Below are positions 29,252-38,676 of a DNA stretch of 64,000 nt, piece by piece. The number at the start of each line of letters is the position of its first letter. The stretch's first letter is position 1. The stretch lies in assembly GCA_963822445.1 (NCBI GenBank), contig CAWGHO010000002.1, positions 1,632,001 through 1,696,000 on the forward strand. Reading direction: 5' to 3'. The position numbers were made by a program, and so were the translations under genes. The notes below the pieces were generated by a model. The model saw nothing but the letters and a program-made list of their open reading frames with translations, was not told the DNA's origin and searched no databases. Source of the DNA: an uncultured Acidobacteriota bacterium. Its GTDB lineage: Bacteria > Acidobacteriota > Thermoanaerobaculia > Gp7-AA8.

Positions 29252-30550
29252 GTGGTTCGCGTCCGCTTCCCATTTCCCGATCGCCCGCGCCTTTGGGGCG
29301 TAGCCGTCTCCCACTTTCAGGTCGAGGGCGGTGACGTCTGCGACTGGACGGAGTGGAAGCCGCGCGGCGGGCCATGCGGCGACGCGGTTGGATCGTGGCA
29401 ACGCTACGAAGCCGACGCGGTGCTCGCGCGGCAGGCCGGCGCGAACGCGTTCCGGTTCTCGATCGCCTGGAGCCGCGTCGAGCCGAGACCCGGAGAATTC
29501 GACGAGAGAGCGCTAGAGCGATACAGCCGTTTCGTCGATGCGCTGATCGCGTTGCGCATCGAGCCGGTGGTCACCCTCTTTCACTACACGCATCCGTCGT
29601 GGTTTCACGAAAAGTCGCCGTGGACATCGGTCAAATCGGTGCTCGAGTTCGGCCGGTTCGCGGGACGGGTCGCCGACGCGCTGGGCGATCGCGTCCGCTT
29701 CTGGATTCCGCTCAACGAGCCGCTGGTGTTCATCCTCGCGGGGTATCTGGACGGGCAGATTCCGCCGGGGATCTCCGACACCCGCACGCTCAATCGCGTC
29801 TTCGATCACATGCTCGCCGGGCATTGCGCGGCCGCTGCGGAGATCCGCACGCGCATACCGAATGCGGCAATCGGCGTCGCCCACAACATGATGGGCTTCG
29901 CGCCGGAACGGGAATCGAATCCGCTCGATGGCCTCCTCGCACGAACCGCGCACGCGATGTACAACCGCGGGATCATGGAGGCCTTCGCCACCGGCCGCTG
30001 GAAGTTCCTCCTGCCGCCGGGGACGACGATCCGCGGACGCCGCGATGAGCTGCCCGCCTACCTCGACACGTTCGGCATCAACTTCTACTCACGGCTTCAT
30101 CTCCGCTTCCCCGGCCGGACGCGCTTCGTCGGCGATTTCGACTATCACGACCGCACCGGTCACGGTCTGACCGACAACGGCTGGGAAATCGCGCCGCAGA
30201 GCCTCGGCGCCCTGATCGACGAGGCGGCACAGGCCGGCTTCCCGCTGGTCATCACCGAGAACGGCATCGCCGACGCGAGTGACCGGTTCCGGCCCGAGTT
30301 CCTGCGCATGCACGCGCGTGAGATCGCGCGTGCCGAGGAGCGGGGCATCCCGATTCACGGATACTTCCACTGGTCTCTCCTCGATAACTACGAGTGGCTG
30401 GAAGGGTTTGAGCCGAAGTTCGGCCTCTACGCGGTCGATCGCCGGACCATGGAGCGGACGCCGCGCCCTTCCGTTGACGTCTTCCGCCGCCTGGGTGCGG
30501 AGTTTCTTGACCGCCGCGTGCAGCAGTCTTTACACGTTGCACAAATCTAG
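29252..30550 (+). CDS. Glycoside hydrolase family 1 (beta-glucosidase-like), cytoplasmic
   Basis: LWGVAVSHFQVEG, FRFSIAWSRVEP, catalytic LNEP and ITENG, WSLLDNYEW; alternative start ATG 29237. Confidence 0.93.
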   Translation: MVRVRFPFPDRPRLWGVAVSHFQVEGGDVCDWTEWKPRGGPCGDAVGSWQRYEADAVLARQAGANAFRFSIAWSRVEPRPGEFDERALERYSRFVDALIALRIEPVVTLFHYTHPSWFHEKSPWTSVKSVLEFGRFAGRVADALGDRVRFWIPLNEPLVFILAGYLDGQIPPGISDTRTLNRVFDHMLAGHCAAAAEIRTRIPNAAIGVAHNMMGFAPERESNPLDGLLARTAHAMYNRGIMEAFATGRWKFLLPPGTTIRGRRDELPAYLDTFGINFYSRLHLRFPGRTRFVGDFDYHDRTGHGLTDNGWEIAPQSLGALIDEAAQAGFPLVITENGIADASDRFRPEFLRMHAREIARAEERGIPIHGYFHWSLLDNYEWLEGFEPKFGLYAVDRRTMERTPRPSVDVFRRLGAEFLDRRVQQSLHVAQI

Positions 30551-30579
30551 TTGCATCCCCCGGCTCGAAACTGCGAGCC

Positions 30580-31293
30580 ATGCTGCTAGCTGACTTTCAC
30601 ATTCACACCACCTGGTCGGACGGCAAGCTGTCGATCGCGGAGGTCGTCGACCTCTTCGGACGTTCCGGCCACGACGTCATCGCCATCACCGATCACGTGG
30701 TCAACACCGATTCGCTGATCGGCAAGGCCACGCATCGTTTCGGGCTGACCGTGACCGCGGAGAACTTCGCGGCCTACCGCACGGAGATCGAGCGTGAGAA
30801 GCACCGCGCCCTCGACCAGTACGGCATGGTCGTCATCGCCGGTTTCGAGCTCACCCAGAACTGCGTCACCCGACGCAATTCAGCCCACGTCCTGGCCCTC
30901 GGCGTGGACGAGTTCATTTCCGCCGACGGCACGGTCGAGGAGATGCTCGAGCGCGCGCAGCAGAAGAGCCGCATCGTCGTGGCCTGCCATCCGCACGAAC
31001 AGTCGGACTGGTTCTCGAATACGTTCTATCTCTGGAATCGGCGCAACGAGCTCGCCCATCTCATCGACCTCTGGGAAGTGGCCTGCCGCTTCGACCTCTT
31101 CCCGCCGGTTGCCCGCGCGAAGTATCCGTACATCGGCAACAGCGACTTTCATCGCGAGGAACACCTGTACGCGTGGAAGACGCTGGTGCCGTCCCGCAAG
31201 AACGAGCTGGCCATCTTTCGCACGCTCGAGCAGGGTGCGGGGCTGGCGGTGACTCGGCTGACCGCGCCGGCGCTCGTGGAGATCAGCGCGTGA
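30580..31293 (+). CDS. PHP-domain metallophosphoesterase
   Basis: DFHIHTTWSDG, AITDH, ACHPH, GNSDFH. Confidence 0.9.
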   Translation: MLLADFHIHTTWSDGKLSIAEVVDLFGRSGHDVIAITDHVVNTDSLIGKATHRFGLTVTAENFAAYRTEIEREKHRALDQYGMVVIAGFELTQNCVTRRNSAHVLALGVDEFISADGTVEEMLERAQQKSRIVVACHPHEQSDWFSNTFYLWNRRNELAHLIDLWEVACRFDLFPPVARAKYPYIGNSDFHREEHLYAWKTLVPSRKNELAIFRTLEQGAGLAVTRLTAPALVEISA

Positions 31294-32393
31294 TCCTGGT
31301 TTTCATCGCACTGCTCCTCACGACCGCGCAGGCGCTGCTGACCTGGCGTTTTCGCAGGCACAAACACGCGCAGGCCACGGAGTTGCCGTTCATTTCGATT
31401 CTCAAGCCGGTCTGCGGTCTCGATGACGAACTGGAAGAGAACCTCCTCTCGTTCGTGCGATTGGAGGGCATGCGGTATGAGGTCATCGTCTCCGCCGAGG
31501 AGTGGGACGATCCGGCGCTGGATGTGGTGCGGCGGGTCGTGCGGCGCCATCCGAACGCGCCGTTCCGGGTCATCGTCGACGGCGGCTCGCGCAGCGGCGT
31601 GGTGAATCGAAAGGTCGAGCGCTTGATCGCCGCGGCGCGTGCGGCCGCGGGTGACATCTTCTTCATCTCCGACTCGAACGTGCGGGTCGCAGCGGACGAC
31701 ATCGCGAAGACCGTTGCGGCGTTCGCCGATCCGCGCGTCGGCTGCGTCTCCAATCTCTTCACCGGCGGCGGTGCCCGCACCGTCGGAGCGACGATCGAGT
31801 CCCTGCATCTGCTCGGATTCGTGGTTCCGGGCGTTGTACTGGCCGCCACATCCGGTGTGCCTTGCGTGGTCGGCAAATCGATGGCCATTTCACGGCGCGC
31901 TCACGACGCAGTGGGCGGCTTCGGACGTTTTGTGCGGGTGCTCGCGGAAGATCAGGCCATCGGACTCGCCGTGAAGAAGGCTGGATTCGAGGTCGTGCTC
32001 TCGCCGGTTGTCGTCCGCAACGTCATCGTTGACCGCACAATTCGGCGCGCCCTCGATCGCCAGGTGCGCTGGAACAAGATCCGGTATTCGTTCTCGCACG
32101 CGCTGTATCTCTGCGAGCTGCTCACGAATCCGCTGCCGCTGGCGATCGTGGCCGCGCTGTTCGAGCCGAGCGCGTTGCCTTTGCTTGTCATCGCCGCGCG
32201 CTACGTGCAGATGGCGACGCTCAATCATGCGACGGGCGCGGGCCTGACGTGGCGGCAACTCGCGCTGACGCCGATGCTCGATCTGCTCATGCTCTACGCG
32301 TGGTTCGTTCCGTTCTTCTCGAACGAGGTGACCTGGCGCGGATACCGGGCGCGCATCGGCCGCAACACCGAGATGGTTCAGCTCGCGGCCTGA
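31290..32393 (+). CDS. GT21/GT2 glycosyltransferase, ceramide glucosyltransferase / HpnI-like
   Basis: N-terminal TM; ILKPVCGLD, NRKV, ISDSNV, GKSMA, LAED, RQVRW, V.WRG; GTGA overlap with PHP gene. Confidence 0.88.
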   Translation: MILVFIALLLTTAQALLTWRFRRHKHAQATELPFISILKPVCGLDDELEENLLSFVRLEGMRYEVIVSAEEWDDPALDVVRRVVRRHPNAPFRVIVDGGSRSGVVNRKVERLIAAARAAAGDIFFISDSNVRVAADDIAKTVAAFADPRVGCVSNLFTGGGARTVGATIESLHLLGFVVPGVVLAATSGVPCVVGKSMAISRRAHDAVGGFGRFVRVLAEDQAIGLAVKKAGFEVVLSPVVVRNVIVDRTIRRALDRQVRWNKIRYSFSHALYLCELLTNPLPLAIVAALFEPSALPLLVIAARYVQMATLNHATGAGLTWRQLALTPMLDLLMLYAWFVPFFSNEVTWRGYRARIGRNTEMVQLAA

Positions 32394-33040
32394 TCGGCGT
32401 ACAGCCAGCGGAACACGTAAGTCGCCGCGAGCGCCCCGGCAACCTGCGCCGCGATGAAGGCCGGCATGTCCATCAGGCGAATGCCGCTGAACGTGCTCGT
32501 GAACGCGCGCGCGAGCGTCACCGCCGGATTCGCGAACGACGTTGAGGCCGTGAACCAGTACGCGGCGGCGATGTACGCGCCGACGACGATCGGGACGACG
32601 TTCGGCCGCTTGCCGGTTGCGTGGATCACTGCGACCAGCCCGAACGTCGCGATGAACTCGCTGAAGATCTGTGCCCCGCCGGCGCGGGGACGGATGAAGG
32701 TCGACAGCGGCGCGAGCTCGAACATGAGATGCGCCACGACCACGCCGAGCATTCCGCCGGCGAGCTGCGCGACGACGCGCGGGAGAACCTCGACTCGCGC
32801 AATGCCGCGCTCGATTGCCGCGGCCATCGTGACGACGGGATTGAAGTGCGCGCCCGAGATCGGCGCGAAGGCGTAGATCAACGCAACGAGCGCCGCCGCG
32901 CTGGCGAAACTGTTGGCCAGGAGGGCCACGGCGTCGTTCCCGCCGGAAAGGCGCTCGGCCATGACGCCTGAGCCGACCACAGCCGCCACGAGGAACATCG
33001 TTCCGATGAGCTCGGCGACGGCGACGCGGATTCTCTGCAC
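32378..33040 (-). CDS. MIP/aquaporin channel, arsenite-associated AqpS-like
   Basis: AELIGT, VGSGVMAERL, SGAHFNPVVT, YWFTASTSFANPAVT. Confidence 0.88.
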   Translation of the reverse strand: MQRIRVAVAELIGTMFLVAAVVGSGVMAERLSGGNDAVALLANSFASAAALVALIYAFAPISGAHFNPVVTMAAAIERGIARVEVLPRVVAQLAGGMLGVVVAHLMFELAPLSTFIRPRAGGAQIFSEFIATFGLVAVIHATGKRPNVVPIVVGAYIAAAYWFTASTSFANPAVTLARAFTSTFSGIRLMDMPAFIAAQVAGALAATYVFRWLYADQAAS

Positions 33041-33164
33041 GCCGGAAGTATGTGACACGCGCGCGGCGCGCGGCGGTCGCAAAAAAAAACTGCCTTGTCT
33101 GTACTTTTTGGTTCCTCTCCAGGACTTACCGGGCAGAAGTCAAAAAACAAGGAGAGTTTCTCAA

Positions 33165-33680
33165 ATGAAAAAGTTCGCAGTTGTTGCAGCAGGAATGATG
33201 ATGTTCGCCGCCGTTGCATCCGCCGACACGAGCTCGGGCACGCTCGAGGTCACCGGCACGGTGGCCAGCTCGATCAACCTGACCATCGAATCCGCCGGCG
33301 GAACGACCAGCGGCACCGGTACGGCCGCGGCCACCTCGGCCCTCGGCTCGATCGCCAAGTACAGCGCGGCCCCGACGGGCTTCACCATGGCCCGCGGCGC
33401 GTCCGACTGGACGCTTTCGTCCACCGTCGGCGTGAAGGTCGACAAGGCCAACCTCACCAGCACCGACTACACGCTCACCGCGGAGCTCCAGAGCGCGCCG
33501 GCCTCCGGCATCGTCTGGAAGCTCAACGGCTCGACTCTTAGCGACAGCGCGGCCAGCACGCTCACCTCCACCGGCACCTACGGCTCGACCGGCTCCTACT
33601 CGTGGGACATCGTCGTGGCCGACAGCGCTGCCGCGGCGGCGATCGACAACATCATCAGCTTCACCGCCACCTCCAACTAG
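33165..33680 (+). CDS. Putative major pilin subunit (chaperone-usher-like, Cys-free)
   Basis: Strong SD AAGGAGAG; Sec signal; donor-strand-like SGTLEVTGTVASSI; Ser/Thr/Ala-rich; C-terminal strand NIISFTATSN. Confidence 0.7.
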   Translation: MKKFAVVAAGMMMFAAVASADTSSGTLEVTGTVASSINLTIESAGGTTSGTGTAAATSALGSIAKYSAAPTGFTMARGASDWTLSSTVGVKVDKANLTSTDYTLTAELQSAPASGIVWKLNGSTLSDSAASTLTSTGTYGSTGSYSWDIVVADSAAAAAIDNIISFTATSN

Positions 33681-33699
33681 CCCACCCACGGATCCGCCG

Positions 33700-34182
33700 A
33701 TGAGCACGCGCACGTTTTCAGGCCTCGGGGCGGTTGCTGTTTCCCTCACACTAAGTTTTTTCCCAAATCTGCAGGCGGGGGGCCGCCAGCGCGCTGTGGC
33801 GGTCCCCCATTCTTCCTCCGATCTGTCGCTCACCTTCATCGGCTCCGGCCGCGCCGAAACGGCGATGCTCGATGCCGGATCGATCTCGTGGCGCGGAGGG
33901 CGGAACCGGTTCTCGGTCACGACGCGGACGTTCGGCGTCCGGATCGGACCGGCGTCGCGGGAAGCGCGGGCCACGGCCACGCTGCGCGCGTTTCTCGCCA
34001 CGCCGGATCCACACGCGACGATCCGGATCGACGGCGTCGTCCTCGGCACGGCGCCGCGCGTGATCCAGCGCCACGCGCCGATCGGCATCGCCGTCACGCA
34101 TCGCCTCGAAATCGAAGTTCCGGTCAGCGCGTCCGCCGGGCCGCTGGCCGCGACGATCGGCTGGGAAGTCACCAAGGAATGA
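33700..34182 (+). CDS. Putative minor pilin-like subunit
   Basis: Signal peptide then RQRAV; C-terminal HRLEIEVP...AGPLAATIGWEV pilin-like strand. Confidence 0.55.
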   Translation: MSTRTFSGLGAVAVSLTLSFFPNLQAGGRQRAVAVPHSSSDLSLTFIGSGRAETAMLDAGSISWRGGRNRFSVTTRTFGVRIGPASREARATATLRAFLATPDPHATIRIDGVVLGTAPRVIQRHAPIGIAVTHRLEIEVPVSASAGPLAATIGWEVTKE

Positions 34183-34187
34183 TCTTC

Positions 34188-34949
34188 ATGCGCACCTTCA
34201 TCTCTGCTCTCTTCCTGCTGTCGGCGGTCACCGCGTTCGGGGCCGAGGACGGCACGCTCTCGCTCAGCCCGGCCGTAGTCATGCTCCGCGGCGATCATGG
34301 CCAGAGCACCACGCAAACCCTGACCCTGACGAACGGCACTTCGCGGCCGTTCTCGTTCGATCTGGTCGCACAAGACGTCGTCATCACCGATGGAAAACGA
34401 CGGTTCGTCGAGGCCGGATCGATCAGCGGCAGCATCGCCGCCACTGCGGTCTTCTCGCAGACGCACGTCGATGTACCGCCGGGCGACACCGTGAACGTGA
34501 CCGTCACAGTCACAGTGCCGCCCGACACGGCGCAACGCGCCGTCATCGCGTTGTTCCGCGGCACGAACAAGGTCATGTCCGGCAACGTCCCGATGGTGGC
34601 GTCGCTCGGCACACTGCTCACGTTCCGGATCGGCGATGTGATCGAGCTGTCCGCCGAGCCGCTGATCGTCCGTCCGCAAAGCGCCGCGGCAAACCTGGCC
34701 GTCACTCAGACCTGCAGCAACAAGGGACGCGAGCCGCTGCTGGCGCGCGGGGTGATGGCCGTCGTGAACGAGAGCGGCGCACTGATCGGCAAGTCCACAC
34801 TCGATCCGCGCCGCTTGCTTCCCGGCGAGTCGACCGAGATCACCGGCGAATACGGCGGCGAGCTCGATCCCGGTAAATATCGCGTCTTCGTTACCTACGA
34901 CTATGAGGGTGGAACGGTCACCAAGCTCGCCGAGGTGGAGATCCGTTGA
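34188..34949 (+). CDS. Putative periplasmic pilus chaperone (PapD-like, two Ig domains)
   Basis: Signal peptide; LSLSPAVVML...TQTLTLTNGT; LLPGES; PGKYRVFVTYDY. Confidence 0.7.
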   Translation: MRTFISALFLLSAVTAFGAEDGTLSLSPAVVMLRGDHGQSTTQTLTLTNGTSRPFSFDLVAQDVVITDGKRRFVEAGSISGSIAATAVFSQTHVDVPPGDTVNVTVTVTVPPDTAQRAVIALFRGTNKVMSGNVPMVASLGTLLTFRIGDVIELSAEPLIVRPQSAAANLAVTQTCSNKGREPLLARGVMAVVNESGALIGKSTLDPRRLLPGESTEITGEYGGELDPGKYRVFVTYDYEGGTVTKLAEVEIR

Positions 34950-37723
34950 GAGCGATCGCGCTTTCGGTTGCGCTCATGTCCGCAATCGGAGCGGCCGCCA
35001 CGGAGGCGGGCTCGCCGATGTTCGCGGCCAGGCGCGCGAACGCGGCGTACACGCTGGCCGTGCGTGAATCGCAAATCATCCCCCGGCCCGGTGCCACCGC
35101 GGCCTGGGCCGTCGACGCCACGGTCGTGGACGTCACCGTGCACAACGGAAGCGTGCGCCTCTTCGGTCGCGCCGCCGGCCGCAGCAACGTCATCGTGCTG
35201 AGCGCGGACGGCGAGGTCGTTCTGGACGTCGTCGTCAAGGCAAATCCCTCCGCCGTGGCGACGCCGAAGCGTGAGGTGCAAACCGATCGCGGCTCCGCCG
35301 AAGTGCGCTACTCCAGCGCCGCCCGCGAACTGCAGAACACCGTCACCGCCGCCCGGGAGACGAAACGCGGCAAGACCGAGCTGCACGTGCGGACCGTGCA
35401 TCACGCGGAGCAGCCGGCCGGCGATCGCGCGCGAACGAGCGTCGCCTCGGCGTCGCTCCGCTTCTTCAACAAGGACCGCGAACTGACGCTGCTCGATCGA
35501 GAGGTCGACCACTCACCGCTCACGCTCCGCCACACGCCGGTCAGAGGCATCCACTACCTCGACGAACACTGGCGGCTGCATGCGGGATACACCGCTTACA
35601 CGACCTATCAGAGTTTCCTCGTGCCGGTCGAGCGCGAGTTCGTGGCCGGCGGCGGCTACGCCTTCCGGACCGGCGCAAATTCGCGTCTCACCCCGACGTT
35701 CTTCGCGTACGAAAACGGCACGGTGCTCTCGTTGCTGTACGACTATGACGACCGCGAGGGTCTCGCGCTCCGTGCGGAGGCCGGCTACAGCGGCGGACTC
35801 GGCGGCGCCCTGCAACTGGCGTATGCCTCGAACCGCCAGCAGGCGCGCGCCGACATTCGCTATCGCGGCGAAGACTTCGCCGTCGTTTCGGCCGGCAGTC
35901 CGCGCGGCCTCCTCGCCGACGCCTCGTGGAGCCGCGAATACGGATTCGGCTCGACTGCGGCCGCGTCGTTTCAGGCGAGTGGCGCCGGCGGCTCGCGCGT
36001 CGCAGCCGGATCGGCGGACATCGAACATCGAGTCAGTGAGCGGCTAGCGCTCACGGGCGGAGCATCGTACGGTTCATTCGATGGACGGCGGAGCCTCACC
36101 GTTCCGGCGGGCGTGCGGCTCGATTTCGCGCGCGGCGGCATCGCCGCGCTGTATCGCTGGTCGCAGTCGCACGCGAACCGCGGTGGCCACGGCTTCCGGG
36201 TCTCGGGACGGGCGTCCCTGGGCCGTGCGTATCTCTCCGGATATGTCGACCGCCAGCAGAACGCGCCGACGCTGGAGGTGATTTTCGACGAACAGCCGGA
36301 GCTCGCCGTCGCCCTCGCCGAGCTCGGAATCGTGGCGACCTCCCCGGCCGACATCGCCCGTGCTCTGCGCGAGCAGGCGGCGCTGATCGAGCTCGGATAC
36401 ATCGAAGGCGTCACCGTCGACTTCGCGCCTCTGCGCACGCAGCTCGGCATCGAGCTCGGATTCCTCGGAGGCACGGCGGCGCGCCACCAGTTGCGCGCGC
36501 GCGCCATGCGCAGCGTCACCGAGAGTGTCGCGAACCGGCGTGTGTCCACCCTTGCGTCGCTGACGTACTCCCGGCGGCTCAGCGCCTCGACCGACCTGTT
36601 CGCCGGCTACACGTACTGGCGTACGGAACGGCGCGGCGAAGAGCCGCGCGAAACACCCTATGTGGAAGTGGGCCTGCGCCAGCGGTTCGACGGCTTACCC
36701 GCGATTCCCGGCCTCGGCGGATCGATCTCCGGCGTCGTCTTCGCGGACGAGAACCTCGACGGCGTCGACGACGGCACGCCCGTGACGGCCGAGGTAGAGC
36801 TCGACGGATCGCAGAAGAAGACCACGAACGAGGATGGAACGTTCACCTTCACCAACGTTCCCCGCGGCGCGCATCGCCTCTCTGCGCGCATCCCCGGCCG
36901 GCCCGACGCATACTTCACCACGCCGTCGCGCGTGGACGTGGAGACCGGCGAGCGCGTGGCCTTCGGCGTCGCCTACACGCCCGCGCGCCTTCAGGGCCGC
37001 GTGATCAGTGACTCGGGTGAAGGCCTGGCGAACGTGCGCGTGCTGCTCACGCGCGGCGTGCATCAGGTCATCGCCACCACCGAGAGCGACGGCTCTTTTG
37101 CCACCGCGGCCGCGCCCGGCGAATGGCAGGTCTCGCTGCTCTCCGACTCCGTTCCGGCCGGCTTTTCGCTCAGTGGTACCGAGGCGCGCGAGGTGATGCT
37201 CGAACGATCGCGACCGCAGGACGCCAGCTGGACGCTGCGCGCGCACCGGACTGTCACTGGTGCGGGCGCAGCACCGAACGCAGAGATCGACGTACGTCCG
37301 CTCGGCAAACGCGTTCGTGCGGACGCCGAGGGACGGTTCTCCATCCGCTCGCTTCCGGCGGGCGAGGTCACCCTCATCGCGGGCGGCGTCGAGCATCGTG
37401 TGACGTTGCCGAGCTCTCCCGCGACGAAGCACATCGATCTCGCGCCGAGAGCAGCCGTGTCGCCTGCAGTACCGATAGAGGTCAGAGGCGAGCGGCACGA
37501 CTCGACCCGCTGGGGCGTCGCGATCGGCGCCTATCGCGTGTACGCGAACGCCGTCGCCGTGGCGGCGCAGGCGCGCCAGCACGGCATCGCCGTCGAGCTC
37601 GATGACCGCGGCGGACTGGTCGTCGTCCGCTCCGGGCCGTACAGCTCGCGTGAGGCAGCGACCGAGGCCGCCGCGCGGCTGACGAAGGCCGGAATGGAGG
37701 CGATCGTACTGTCCATAAAATGA
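34946..37723 (+). CDS. Usher-like outer-membrane protein with Ig/SdrD-B-like repeats and C-terminal SPOR domain
   Basis: Signal peptide; alternating beta-strand region; GSISGVVFADENLDG, GTFTFTNVPRGAH, GRFSIRSLPAGE; SPOR-like WGVAIGAYRVYANA...VVRSGPYSSREAA. Confidence 0.7.
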   Translation: MRAIALSVALMSAIGAAATEAGSPMFAARRANAAYTLAVRESQIIPRPGATAAWAVDATVVDVTVHNGSVRLFGRAAGRSNVIVLSADGEVVLDVVVKANPSAVATPKREVQTDRGSAEVRYSSAARELQNTVTAARETKRGKTELHVRTVHHAEQPAGDRARTSVASASLRFFNKDRELTLLDREVDHSPLTLRHTPVRGIHYLDEHWRLHAGYTAYTTYQSFLVPVEREFVAGGGYAFRTGANSRLTPTFFAYENGTVLSLLYDYDDREGLALRAEAGYSGGLGGALQLAYASNRQQARADIRYRGEDFAVVSAGSPRGLLADASWSREYGFGSTAAASFQASGAGGSRVAAGSADIEHRVSERLALTGGASYGSFDGRRSLTVPAGVRLDFARGGIAALYRWSQSHANRGGHGFRVSGRASLGRAYLSGYVDRQQNAPTLEVIFDEQPELAVALAELGIVATSPADIARALREQAALIELGYIEGVTVDFAPLRTQLGIELGFLGGTAARHQLRARAMRSVTESVANRRVSTLASLTYSRRLSASTDLFAGYTYWRTERRGEEPRETPYVEVGLRQRFDGLPAIPGLGGSISGVVFADENLDGVDDGTPVTAEVELDGSQKKTTNEDGTFTFTNVPRGAHRLSARIPGRPDAYFTTPSRVDVETGERVAFGVAYTPARLQGRVISDSGEGLANVRVLLTRGVHQVIATTESDGSFATAAAPGEWQVSLLSDSVPAGFSLSGTEAREVMLERSRPQDASWTLRAHRTVTGAGAAPNAEIDVRPLGKRVRADAEGRFSIRSLPAGEVTLIAGGVEHRVTLPSSPATKHIDLAPRAAVSPAVPIEVRGERHDSTRWGVAIGAYRVYANAVAVAAQARQHGIAVELDDRGGLVVVRSGPYSSREAATEAAARLTKAGMEAIVLSIK

Positions 37724-37820
37724 ACGCAGTCGCGTAACGGAACGGTTGCCTCATTCGCTCGTTCCTTTGTTTTCATCGACTTACGTGTGGCTTGCCTCTT
37801 GATCTATCTCTGGCGAGACG

Positions 37821-38669
37821 ATGGGAGGCAATGTGTCCAGAATTCTGGTGGTCGATGACGATGTGACGCTCGTCGAGGGCATTCGCGCGATGCTCGACGT
37901 GCACGAGATCGAGTCCGAGGGAGCCTGGGACTGCGACTCGGCGGAGCAGCTGGTCGCGGGACAGTTCTTCCCGGTGATCCTCGCCGATCTGCGGATGCGC
38001 AGCGAGGAAGACGGGTTGCGCCTGATCGAGGCCGTCCGCCGCATCAGCCCACGCTCGCGTGTGGCCACGATGACGGGATATGCCGACGAGGCCACCGAGG
38101 CGCGGCTTCGCGAATGCGGCTCGGAGCTGGTGCTGCGCAAGCCGCTGGGCGAAGAGGAGCTCATCGCCGCGCTGCGGCACATGCTGGAGGTCGTCGACGC
38201 GGCAGCGGACGCGCACGCTGAGGACGATGAAGGGCTGTACGCCGCGACGATCGACACGTTGCAGGCCATTTCTCGCGGCCGCTACGGATTTCCGGCGGAA
38301 GACGTCGAGGAGCTGGTCCAGGAGACGTGGCTCCTCTTCCTCGAAAAGCGGCACCTCGTGCGTACACCGAAAGCGTGGCTATCCGGCACGATCGCAAATC
38401 TTTGCCGCCAGGAGATCGAGCGCCGCACCCGCAACCGCGCGCGCACCGGCGAGATGTCGGAGCCCGCGGTCGTTCCGGCGGACGACGCGGTGCTGGCGGT
38501 GCGCCAGGCCCTGGCGCGCCTCGACGATCGCTCGCGCACACTCTGCAGCCTGATCGGCCTCGAACAGCGATCCTACGAGGAAGTGAGCATGGCGGAGAAC
38601 CTCCCGCTCGGCAGCATCGGTCCGTTGTACCTGCGCGCGAAGAAGAAGCTGCGGCTGGAGTTGCAATGA
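37821..38669 (+). CDS. Receiver domain fused to ECF-type sigma-70 factor
   Basis: REC: VVDDD, ILADLRM, MTGY, RKP; sigma2: DVEELVQETWL, AWLSGTIANLCR; sigma4: SYEEVSMAENLPLGSIGPLYLRAKKKLR. Confidence 0.85.
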   Translation: MGGNVSRILVVDDDVTLVEGIRAMLDVHEIESEGAWDCDSAEQLVAGQFFPVILADLRMRSEEDGLRLIEAVRRISPRSRVATMTGYADEATEARLRECGSELVLRKPLGEEELIAALRHMLEVVDAAADAHAEDDEGLYAATIDTLQAISRGRYGFPAEDVEELVQETWLLFLEKRHLVRTPKAWLSGTIANLCRQEIERRTRNRARTGEMSEPAVVPADDAVLAVRQALARLDDRSRTLCSLIGLEQRSYEEVSMAENLPLGSIGPLYLRAKKKLRLELQ

Positions 38670-38676
38670 GACAGGT

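Noticed and set aside
30528-30545. CTTTACAC upstream of the PHP gene as a Pho box
   Set aside because: Only one good half-site with no partner at 11 bp, and it lies inside the GH1 coding end
37771-37783. IHF-like site TTTCATCGACTTA upstream of the REC-sigma gene
   Set aside because: Two mismatches to WATCAANNNNTTR; too weak to call without comparative support
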